Shown here one piece after another: positions 24,810 through 36,900 of a DNA stretch of 64,000 bases; the first letter of the stretch is position 1; each line of letters begins with the position of its first letter. This stretch comes from Lingula anatina. Its lineage: Eukaryota > Animalia > Brachiopoda. The stretch lies in contig CM120641.1 of the NCBI GenBank assembly GCA_051362555.1, forward strand, positions 14,632,001 through 14,696,000, read 5' to 3'. The notes beneath the pieces are model-generated. The model was not told the DNA's origin and searched no databases. It saw nothing but the letters and a program-made list of their open reading frames with translations. The translations under genes and the position numbers were made by a program.

Positions 24810-25901
24810 GGCCACACTTTTTTATTTTTATGGATGACATCCTCTGGGGACCCCAAAGTCGGTGCGAGCGGGCGAAAAAAAAAAAACAGTCCAAAAAAAA
24901 AAAAAAAAAAACTGCTTAAGAAAAGTTATGTTTTCAGTACACAGCTGGAAACACTAATTTACCACAGAAACACGTATCAAACTAACAACATGTCTTTATC
25001 CATGCTCTCAAAATATTAAAGCATTGTGAATAGGGCCTACTTCGTAGAAAGGTAAAAAGTCATGAATATATATGCTGCATATTACCAAATCTATTTAAGG
25101 TTATTTCATGCATTCTGTTGGTATAGAAACCAATAAAACAAATATCAAATAAATAGCGTGTCTTTATTTGTACTCTCAGAAAATTAAAGCATTGTAAACA
25201 CTTCACAGAATTGTTAAAAAAATTAAGCAAAGATAGGCCTATGCCTCCTACTACTAAGGTAATTTCGGTCGATGCCATTTTGTCTACTTCGACTCACACG
25301 CTAGCAGCCAACTATCGGGTGGCCTGTCCGACCTTCAGTCCACCAAATACCGCGACGCTCTTGTCGACCCTTTTTTCGCTCCAAAAAGAAACTGGTATGT
25401 GCTGCTTTGGACAGAATGTCACTGAAATTTTCCGGGCGATGATTGCTGGCCGCGGCCAGCCTTTCGTAAAATTGTAAAAGGGTGATATCTCCATGTCCAA
25501 TATCAATGGCAAACCAATCCAAAACGACGGCCCCCGTTCTCTTTATGACTTTAATTGTCGTGTATTTTGAAATTAATGCTAGAGATGAAGTTGACGGCAA
25601 AACGGCCATATTTCCATGTGGTGATAATACGCATGCGCAGAAAGCTCATTTTCCACACTCGGAACTACTCGGATGTCTCCGCAGTCGACAATGACAGTAT
25701 GGAGCTTGCGGAATTAGCAGAGAATTGCCGATTGCATTTTCCGGCAAATTCAAAAACGATGTTTGCGACAACCGACTTCCTTTGGGGGGGGGGGGGGGGG
25801 GGGGGGGCGGTTTGGGGTTGTTTTTTTTTTTTTTTTTTGGAGAACGGACGAAAATCGGTGCGCGCGCAGGATGTCATCCATAAAATTAAAAAAGTGTGGC
25901 C
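24810..25901. mobile_element. 1092-bp TIR DNA transposon derivative with TTA target duplication (Zator- or Harbinger-like)
   Basis: TIRs GGCCACACTTTTTTATTTTTATGGATGACATCCT / AGGATGTCATCCATAAAATTAAAAAAGTGTGGCC; TTA flanks; CpG-rich interior. Confidence 0.88.
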
Positions 25902-26279
25902 TTATCATGACTTACATACACAGTGTATATATTAAAAAATTTAGAAAAAAAAAAAAAAAAAACATCCAAGTCTCACAAATTAATTTACATGCAAATTAAG
26001 TCACATGCAAATCAAGTTGAACAAACTGATTAATTATTGCAAGGCATATATGTTACAACATTTTACTTTTTGCCAAATTAAATGAAAATATTTTGTTGTT
26101 GTAAACTTCACCTACCTTGTACGTCTTTTATATTGGTCTAATTAAGAATAATGCTGGCATACCTTACCTTTACGGTAATATGCCAAACAATTCGACCAAG
26201 ATTAATTAATTAATTTCATGGAAATGTCAGTTTGGTCGAATTGATTAAAATACAGCAAATGGAAACCTTTGATATCGTC

Positions 26280-28070
26280 GGATTGTTAGGGGCATCTGCC
26301 AAAACGTCCATCTTTCCGGAAGTATTGCATTTTACCGGAAGTGTGACGCAAGATAAGCCGCAATTTTCGCCTAACACGTGTTTCAGGCTTGTTTTATCCT
26401 CCTTTTAAAATCTTATTTGGCTGTGTACAATATGTGCTAACATTACTTAACATTAAAAAAGACGATAATTATAATTTCTAATTATATATTTCCCTCACCT
26501 ACGATCATTTTCATGATGCGCTTCACGAGTGGGGCGAGTATTTCCCCAGAGACAGGTGTTGTAAACAAAGGCCGGTCACTTATATTTGAAACCGGTAGCT
26601 TTAGTAGACTAAAACTAATTATGTGATCTACGTACGCCCTATTTGAATTTTAATATGACAACTGAAATCAACCGAAATGAAATTTTTTACCAGTCTGAGA
26701 TCAGTTGTTTTCAACCCGCAAGGCTTGCTCAGCGTCGAGGCGTAGACGTACTTCCGAAGAAAATTCAATCACCCGTATCAAAGAATACCAACAACTGGTA
26801 CTCAAACGGAATTCAGTGTAACTTAAAATTACTTAAAAGTATTTTATTTAAAAAGCATGTCATATTAAACCATATTGAGAAAAGGCAAAACACGGAGCCT
26901 ACTTGTGCCGATAGACATACAGTAGGCCTATCTTGCTGGCACTCTTCCGATTTTCTTACTTATATACTCTCGCTGTGCACAAACCACGGTGCATATTGAA
27001 AACCCCACTGATACAACCCGAACGTAAAAAAAGCATTTAATTGCCATAATTTTCACAAAACAAGTGCATTTATAATTTGACGCGAGAATTGAGCACATGC
27101 AGAAATAAGACTGGTCTTATCTGGTCTGGTCTGGAATATAGCGCAAACCACATGTTAATGAAGACGGTCCCATTTTGGTGGAGGGGGTCACAGGAATTGA
27201 GTTCTTCGTGGATTACGCTAAATATCATCATTTCATGCATCTGGGGAAATAAAAAGTGACTCACAGGTAACGTAAATATCCAGTGGAACTCTCTATGAAG
27301 CTCTCATGGAGTTAAGGAAGACGTCAATTTTATTGTTGACAAATCAGTTATCCATGTAGGTGAACAGCTACACGTGTTCGTCTGATTTTGACAGCGCGTG
27401 GTATTTGGCGCCAAGAAGTCTGGGCGGTCGATCCCGCTGATCTTTTGGTCGATTGTAGTAAATGTAAGTGTTGACTTCAAGAACGTTTCCCCATCTGCAT
27501 ATATATTTCAATCAAACTTGAAAATAAATTGCTTATTCTTCCCAAACTTTTTATTGCTAGCAAACGCTATATATGGTCTATATGAAGGTGTTTACGACGT
27601 ATTCTACCCACTGTCGATATTTGGTTTCATCCAGAATGGACCTTTTTAACCTCCCCCCCCTTTCCCCAGTTACGGGCGTGATGAATCAGTCAGCGAGGGC
27701 AAGTCTGCTTAATTAGCACAAACTGTATGTCTATAACACTATTTTCTCATCGGGGACAAAGGAAATGACAGGTACGTCATGCTTCCAGATTAGATCTTCA
27801 GTTAATAGTTTCTTCCTCATTGACGAGAGCTATTGAAAGGACAACAATTGACAAAGGGCCCGGCATGCAGCATCTATATGACTGGCTTGAAAATTTACCG
27901 AGGCTTGCCGACGATGTGGTCGAACAATCGGAACAAGAAAAAAATTATGTCGCATGATTTTGACGTATGGACTAAATGTTTGAGCCCAGAAAAATTAATT
28001 TTATAAGATATTTTTTGTGGTCGGATTGACTGGGCCCGTCGAAATGCTTGGCACATTACCGTAAATCACT
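26280..28070 (+). promoter_or_regulatory. CpG-retaining promoter region, probably of the klarsicht/AKAP6-like gene
   Basis: Clearly more CpG than the flanks; two ETS sites CCGGAAGT (26316, 26335) with adjacent TGACGCAA (26344); candidate donors CAG|GTAACG (~27266) and CAG|GTACGT (~27771). Confidence 0.6.
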
Positions 28071-29360
28071 TCCCATACTTAACATACCTGTCAAATTACA
28101 AAGTCAACATCCAGGGAAACACATTTGACTATAGATTTTATTGTAGAGTACAGTAATTAATCAGTTTGTCAGAAACAATTCAGCATAGTACTGTTTAAGT
28201 TGTATTTGCCATTTATGTTATTCATTTCTCAGAACTAATTACACCATTTTTTTTTCACTCAAGAAAAAATTGTGTAACTGCTAAAGAACTACCTGTATTT
28301 ATGAATTTCTAAGACTGCACGCTCGAACCTAATAATTGCACAATATTTAATATGGATGTTCAGATGCCATAATAAAAAGCATGGGATCATCCAACGGGGC
28401 ACTTTTAATTTCAAAATACCCTGTAACCTTTCTTCGGAGAGCACCAAACCTCCACTAGCTGATGCTATCCAATAGTGTCTCACTCAAAAGTGTGGATTAT
28501 GTCAACAGCTAAATTTTCCTAATATACCACAGTGTAAAAGTCCTGCACACGCCCCGAAGACTGAGAACTATAAGATTACAATTCAAGTCCAGAAATCAAT
28601 TGACTGAGCAAAGCAGGGGCAATTGACACAGAAGAATGAGAGAAAATCAATGGAGAAAGCAGCACAGTAATTCTTTTCACTCCAATATTTACCTGTCACA
28701 GTTGTTGTTCTCTGTGACACACTGCAGTGGTCATTTGTGAACTTCATGTGACAGAAACTCTGACCTACAGTTGTAAAGTTAGCTGGATATCAGGTAATTA
28801 AAAATCTACATCTGTGTGTGCCACTAATTTTTTCTTTTCATCATTTTGTAAAAGTTTCCCTTATGCACCAAATTACATTGGACTCGTATTAAAGTTCATT
28901 AACTATGAGCAGTTACTGTGAAGTCAGTTTTGTGCTTGATGCATTTTAATTTCAAGATTTAAAAAGCCATGGCAAACTTATGTAATTTTGTCCATGTTGG
29001 AAATAACAAAATTTACAAATGACATTGCTTATCGGGTGTATCACATTCCCAATTCACCTGTATATGGTGCATAAAATTACTTCCCCTGAAAGAGCTTTAA
29101 AAGTACTTTACAGCTGTTTTAAATAACATATTCTGTCAATATGTTAAACTTGAAGACTATGTTACATTTATTTATGGACTTTAAACCAAATACACTTATA
29201 TAACTACTATAGTTTCATTTAATGTCCCTATACTGTGTAGCCTGAGGAAAGTAATCTGGGATATAACCTGGGATATTACCTACACCACAGGAATGCTTGA
29301 GGAAGTGTGCACAACTTTAAGGGGAGGGCAAGGAAAGAGCATAAGAAACAAAATTCATTC

Positions 29361-29414
<54 letters not shown>

Positions 29415-30121
29415 GTACTAAACGTTCTACAAATCAGATAAATGAATCCTAGAACATTGTCAAACATTTCTTTATTGTGCCATGGAACATAAAAACTATT
29501 GCAAGTCGGCCCATCTCCCTTCCAGGGCAGGTATAGTTATTGCACTGGACCCTAAACTGCCCACTGGCCACATAGATGCACTGATGCATATGTAAATTAC
29601 TCCCTGAAGATAGGGAAAGTTGGAGTTGGGTGACTTACTATTATATTGTACTGTAATATATACTGGTCGGGTAAAATTTCATATCTAAAGAGTATGTAAT
29701 TATAACAGGGGCATCAGGTACTGACCAGAGCCAAATGCTGATGGATGGACACTGGTAAATTGCAATATTGATCTGTCCCAAGCAGTACAGGCTGGGCAGT
29801 TGTGGACATGGCTCGTTGAAAGCTATAAAGTACTAGTAACTGTAAGGTTGTGAGTATATACATGTATGAATTGAAGATATGAATATTTTATCAGTAACTG
29901 ATGTTGTTGTCCTAAGTTATCATAAGTTTATGTACTAAATAAAGCCAAGAACAAATGAGACCTATTAATTACTGCAATACAAAAGACCTAATAAAACTAA
30001 AAAGTTTTAATACAATTAATAGTTATTTTGTGCATTAAAGCTTTTCTAGTAGTGTGATTTTTCTTTCATTTTTATAGATGTTTCACTGATTACTAAACAG
30101 TATATCAAACCAAAGACAAGG

Positions 30122-30286
30122 ATGGACAACAGTGAGGTCCACTTTGAAAATGAAGAGGAACAGTTAAATCAACAAATTATTGAAGTACAAAAAGATGTAG
30201 AAGAAAATATACAGACTGCAGACTCTCTACTCAATGCATTAGAAGAAGACTACAATGTAAATGAGGAGTGGAAGGATAATGTTAAG
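30122..30286 (+). CDS. Klarsicht/AKAP6-like protein, probable first coding exon
   Basis: Acceptor tttatag at 30077, aagATGG start, helical acidic MDNSEVHF...WKDNVK, AAG|GTAACC phase 0 donor compatible with the exon at 44173. Confidence 0.68.
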
Positions 30287-30313
30287 GTAACCCTCAGATT
30301 GCCACTACTACTG

Positions 30314-30353
<40 letters not shown>
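30314..30353. repeat. (GT)n microsatellite just after a splice donor
   Basis: Direct reading; a (CA)n tract also lies at ~7884-7916. Confidence 0.95.
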
Positions 30354-30356
<3 letters not shown>

Positions 30357-33300
30357 TTTGAGGTTGCTAATTGGTGAAACAGCATTTTTAATATCTACAT
30401 TCACCATTTATATTAATACCAGAGAATTGGCCAATCCCAAAAATATATAAAGAGAGTACATATATATTAGTCAACACTTCCACTATCCTTTTTGGGTTAG
30501 TCATGCAACTGATGCTTACCAAAGTTACAAATATTGTGTAAAAACAAACAGAAATTTAATTTTTATTGGTAATTAAATTTAGGAGAATTAACACAATTAA
30601 GCAATTTCAGTACGATAAAAAAAGCATGTAAGACGAAGTTATTATGTCAAAAAAAAAAAAAAATCTATTGGAATGAAACTGGCATTACCTTTAGTGCAAT
30701 TAATAACAACTAAGCAATTTTGTGAAAAAAAGCCCTCATTGATTTAATGTAAATGCTCCATAATTTTTATTGTACATAATAATTTGCCACAAAAACAGAT
30801 GCACACATAAAAGATAAGAATGGTTAATAAATATTTCTTTGTGAGGAGTAACTGTGTGTATACGTAGTTCATTTCATACAAATTGGGATTTTACTGACTT
30901 AAAACTGACATCTGTAACAAATTTAGATATGATGAAAATGCAGGCCTTTTAAAAATTAAAGACCATTTTTCTAAATAATGGGTACTACATTCCTCTTTTA
31001 ACTTTGTCCAATATAACGAAGAATTTTTTTCTCTTCCAATTGGTGGTTATAAGTACTATTTCTTAACACAATACATTTTGTGTCACTTTTGACATAAGAA
31101 AATTATTTTTTAGTGAATGAATTTTTGTGAGGTCAATTGTTTAAGTGATAAAAAAATGAATATTTAAGCAATATGGTGTATGTAAATCATTTCTACTGGT
31201 CACAGTTAATAACCACTCTTATGACATGTATTAAACTTGTGCAATATAGAAAAATGCAATTGTAACCTGATTATAGATTTTCTGAAGCACTGTTATATAA
31301 CCTAGGTTCCTCAGAGCTTGTCATATACTTTTCATTAGTGCCAGTATATTTAGATTGCTATTAGTGACTGTTGTTGTGCTGAAAGCAGAAACATCTGTCT
31401 ATTAATTAATTTTTACTTGGAAAATGCCAGTTCTACTCTAAGAAACGTGAAAACTTAAAAATAATGCAATGTGTTTTTTAACTTTTTCTTGTTTTAATTT
31501 GAACATTTTTAAAATACTTTTTCTTTTGAATGCATGCATGTATATGTCAACATTCTGTGTGTGTTGGGGGGCGGGGGGGGGGGGGGGGAGGGGGGGGGGA
31601 TTACAAGAAACCTGCCACAGAGCTCTTACAAGGAGCAGCAAACCTGTACATTGGCATTGCACCAGTCTTCTCTAACACAATTACAGGTAGGACAGTTTTT
31701 CAAACAGGCATTCTTCAGATACGTTAGTATATTATTCAATATATACATGTATAATGACGATGGAATTTTATAAGGAATGTGTTTTCATGCAACTTTAAAG
31801 CAGTAGCTAACAAAAAGATCAATTTTTGATCATGACCGCTAAAGTGTGTGGATTTATCTGTTTTACGTTTTTAGAATATTTTCATTTGTCTAAAATAAAT
31901 TTTAGGGATGAAGGCTATCTCTAAATCTCTTCTACCCTTTGAAAATTTCCATATTTACCTTTTATGCATAATTTTACCCCGGCCTGCTTACTCTTGATGA
32001 AAATATTGCCTTTAAATAGATTATCCAGATTATCAGGGGTGTATATCAAAGGGTAGCTGTGTACAATATGAATAAACACATAAAGCAAATACTTGCGACA
32101 AAGGATTGGGTGCACCTTTTATATTGATCCACGGCTGAACGATACAATAACATTCAGTGTGTAGAATGCCTCGATATCTTCGTTTAATCAATAAACATTC
32201 TAACAAGAAAAGGAACCGTTAATAGGGTCGCTCATTACTTCATCTTACACAGGTGGGTTTAAGAGTTACCTGTAGACACACAGATTAACGCAAGCTATAT
32301 CTGTGCTCTTTTTCTCCGGTAAGTGTCAAACTCAAACACGTTAATTATAACTACTGTGAAACTATTTTCTGTTGGACCGACTGGCTTTGTTTGAGTTAAT
32401 TTCCCCATGTGTTGACCTCGTTAACTGCTCTGCCAATGAGGATCTAGGTCGTAGTGCACAGTTAACAAATACCGCCAAGCCTTCAATGCAGGCTAGCGGT
32501 TCGCAGGTTGCCTGTAACACATGAAATATGTGAGACATGTGATTCCTGCTGGAGTTAGTCAGAAGACTTGAGATGTATTTTAGATCATAGAGGCTTGTGA
32601 GATGTACCGGTAAGTTTATAAGGGGATTACTTGACGCCGAATAAGATTTTGATTCGCTTTCATTCATTTCAATCCACTCATCCTACAATGACCTCAGACG
32701 GAGCTACATGTATTCTAAGTTATAGATTTTTTTTCTGGTGTTATATAATTTAAGCAAAAAGATCCGTATTTATTATGTCTCTATGGCTGCTTAATTATGA
32801 GCTCAGTGTATTTTGGGATATTGTTTACTGCTTTGAGGCAAGCTAAGCAAGGTAAGAGTTTAGCATAGTAGTAGTATATTAACTATAGGTAGACAATGGG
32901 TAGATTTTTGGACTCGTTCTGTCAAACTTTTTGGGAGGAAACCTCAAGTTTGAACCTGAAATTATGGTTTGTTTGGTATAGCAGATTATTTCGACAACAT
33001 GACATTTATTGCATCATAATGAAAGATGTATTATGTCACTGTCAGTATAGCTCTTATCTGTGCCTAAAATACAGCTCATATATGACTTATCTTGTTTTTA
33101 TTGCTTTGATAAGTACATCTTGACATGGACTTCCAATGGAGCAGAGTGCACATCTTGGTTTTTCTACCCATCAGAATATTTTTTAATGTGGTGATAAATT
33201 TTATTCAGTCGTTTCTTGATAAAGTTGGAAAGGAGGTGTGTGTGTGTGTTTTGTATGCATAGCAGAATCCTGGATATGTTAGTATGCTAATAAACAAAAG

Positions 33301-33870
33301 CCAAGTGTTTAAAAGATGCATACTTATATATCAGTTGGTAAATGCATAAAATATCCTTTTTCTGTTAATTTTTTATTTTGCACTTGTCATGACTGCCTGA
33401 CTTAAAATATGCACTTACTAGTGAGCTTATACGGAAATATCCCTATGTAGATAATGTACCTTCTTATTCAGCCAGATAGCTGTACTTATCCAGCCATGTG
33501 TCAAATATTCTTTGTTAATCGGAACTCCCAAGAGGAATTTGTAATGAATAATATCAAAGCTTCTCCATTGTTGTCTCATTTGATTGATGTGGGAACTAAT
33601 TAATGCAGTTAATCTGTTCTGTTTTGGGATGATCACTTAATATGAACTGACACTAGATATAATATGACTCGGACAGTATAATATAAAGCAGCAGACCTAA
33701 TGTGCATTTGGTACTGGTCTTCAATACACTGAACCAGCTGTGGACTAATTGGGGTTATCAGGTGAAAAAAAAATCCCATAGACATCTTTACTAGTATATA
33801 GACCTATGCAGGAGTCTTTTATTATCTGAAATGCAATGTAAAGAAACTGGACCAACTTGTGATGGTATTA

Positions 33871-33917
33871 GAATAGCATTAGCTAGATTTCATGAATAGC
33901 ATTAGCTAGATTTCATG
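33871..33917 (+). repeat. Perfect 23-bp tandem duplication
   Basis: GAATAGCATTAGCTAGATTTCAT x2. Confidence 0.9.
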
Positions 33918-36900
33918 CAGTTATAAAAGTTAATTTCAAAAATAGCTTATTTGAATATAGTGCCCCTGTGGGATCTTCATTTAAGTTCCATGTCAGCAGT
34001 TCACTGATAGTTTGATCATTTTATCTCAAAGGGGATACTATGGTCAATATCTCAAATTGTTTATATAAAAACGGTCTTTAAATATTAAGTCTTGCTATAT
34101 GTGAAAAAAGTGGAAGGAGAGATTGGCTATCAAAAGTATCTTATATCTTTAATTATCCTTCCATTATAGACTAGACTAGGCCAGACTAGTGCTATTCTAG
34201 TGTGTGATTTGTGCACCTTTAGTCCTGTGTATTGGAAGCTTAAAAGCCTTTTCCTAGTTAATTACTATCTCAGGCATTGGCGTCTAGAGGTCATTGGAGA
34301 AATCAGTCAGTGCTTGTAAATATGTTACCTGCAGTATTGACTTTCATATAAAGCCGATTGATACAAGAATAGCTCGACCATTGTTCCAGTTTATCAGAAG
34401 ATAGACACTGATTAGCAGCACTGTACAGTGAATATTTTTAGTTTTAATAGCAAAATTGTAAAACATTTTTCTTATTTGAAAATGAATGAAGCAATGATGT
34501 GATCAGAGCCAGTTCTTAGAAGTGTTATATACGTGCGTGTGTGTACAAATCCATGCAAAACAAAGAATGTTTTAAGAGAAGAAGATTTCATAAAGAATAA
34601 TTTGTCCATTTTCCTTTGTTCAGGTATGTGTAACTTGCACATAAAATATGTAATCAATGATAATAAGATATTGTTTTGATATGCAAATATCCATCACCAT
34701 ACATATGTTGTTTGCTGTCCTTCTAGTATTCAATGGGACATGCATTCACTGATCTTAATCTTGAAAGAACACATAATACAGGTTGGTTAATTTTGGAAAA
34801 ACATGGTTACGACATCGCACCAGTCTCTCATATTGAGCATAGAGATTCAAGAGCCTAACTCTGACCAAGGAGCAGAGCTTGACTTGAGATATGTGATATG
34901 TTTTCTTACACATTTTCCACTGACAAATTTTTCTAAAGTGTGTTGAAACAGTATAGAAAATTAGCTATTGAGCACTGGTTTTCAAGCTTGTTCACAAATC
35001 TGAGCTCTTATTTCGAGGTTTTTAAAACAAATTAGCTACACTAGATAAGGGAACATGTACAGGAACACTGTTTGGTTTACTGAACTAAGCTTTAAAAAGG
35101 AAGATGAGCTTTAGAAGTGACACTGTGTGATGCTGCTTGCTATCCATTAAAACCCACCTTACAGAACAGTAAACTTTTACTACATGTATGTATAGTATGC
35201 ATGTTCAGAAAGCATAAGTGAAAAAAGTTGATGTTATCTGTATACCAAAAACTTCAGTTTCTGATAGATTATGTGACCATTAAGAATGCAAAGTATTTGC
35301 CCGTCTCCAGTGTAATGGCTTCATAAAGTTGTAAGATTTTGATGAAGATACACATAACTCTTCAACATTATACTAAGTAGGTGACAATTTGGCTCTGGTG
35401 GTTTGACCCACCTGAGAACACTGTATGCAGAATGCTCCTCAGTGGCCAGGCATTTGTCTCTAGCAATTCTTTTTCAGTGGAGATAGGAATCTTTATGTGG
35501 AAAATGTGAAAAATTAAGATGTAGCATTTTAAGGTGTAAATCCCTTAATTTGTAGCATTATGAAGAAAACTACAGGGAAAACTTATGTCTCCATTGTTCT
35601 GAATGTTTTTTGTAATATTTCACTTCAGGAAAAGGTTTGAAAATTACCTGTACTTGGTAGATGTTGTCCAATACTGGGACAGCCTTGCACAAAAGGTTGC
35701 TAATCACTCAACGATGATTAACTTTTACTGGTTTAATTTGACATGTGACGTTTACTCTAACCCAATCGGATATAATTACACCTGGCAATGATATGATTTT
35801 AGATAAATTACACTGATTATCAAGAAACCCTTGAAGTAGTATAAGACTGAGAGCAATTGCCATCATTTTTTTAGTTTTTCTTTTATCTATATAGCACCAA
35901 AACCAATGCTCAAAAATGTTTTATTCTGATTCTTTTTATTCTTACTTCTGATAAATATTTAGATTTTTTTCAGGATCTTTTTTTGGGAATGGCCCCCATT
36001 GTTCTGTTCACATCTTTTTCTTTTTATATGTATGAAATCAAACCCCTTAGTCATAACACCTGCATATAGATCTATGTATACAGTGTGCGCACTACATAGT
36101 TCCGAATATAGTTCTAGGAATCAGCTGCTTGGAATCCCCATTGAAACACACATATTGATCCCATGGTTCTCACAGTGGCTACTAACAGAGATGACTCATT
36201 ATCTGTAATGTACTGAGTGTTATGCTATATGACACGTGGATCTATTGAACATCATTATTGATCAGGAATGACCTGTGCAGTGCTTCAAAGTACAAATTGT
36301 ATTATTTAAAGATTCAAAGCAGTAGTTTCAGATTGTTTTTGTTGATAAAACAATAAGCAACTTAAAGGTTATACCTCTATGAATGTTGATGAAATTTTGC
36401 ATTTATTTTATTTCTTCACTGCTATGTTCCCCCCTCCCCTCTGTATTTCAACTTTTAATTACCTGTTCCTCACACCTATTTTTTTATTTTTTAAATCTGT
36501 GTCGAAGTCATGTTTGAAAATTAGCCACTTGAAAAAATATTTTTAGATTCTTGACAGGAGAAAAATATTTGCCTGATAATTTATTCATGTAATAAACAGT
36601 TTATTTGTGTGGGCCCTGCATTAAAAAAACTCTTCCATATAGAAAGGGCTTAGAATTCTTCAATGCACTTATCTTTTAAGAATAATATGTAAAGAATGTA
36701 ATGATACTAATGCACATTTTCTCTTTAGAACTCTATAAGCTTGTTGTTAATATGAGCTGCATTGTACCAGATATCATTGCAAATCATTGGAAAGCATAAT
36801 GTGAAGATGTTGGTTTTTGTAACATGATTGATGGATGGTGCCTGCAGTCAGATGTAAGCTCTGATATGATTTGCTTTTCAAAATCTTTTGCATGCCTGTA

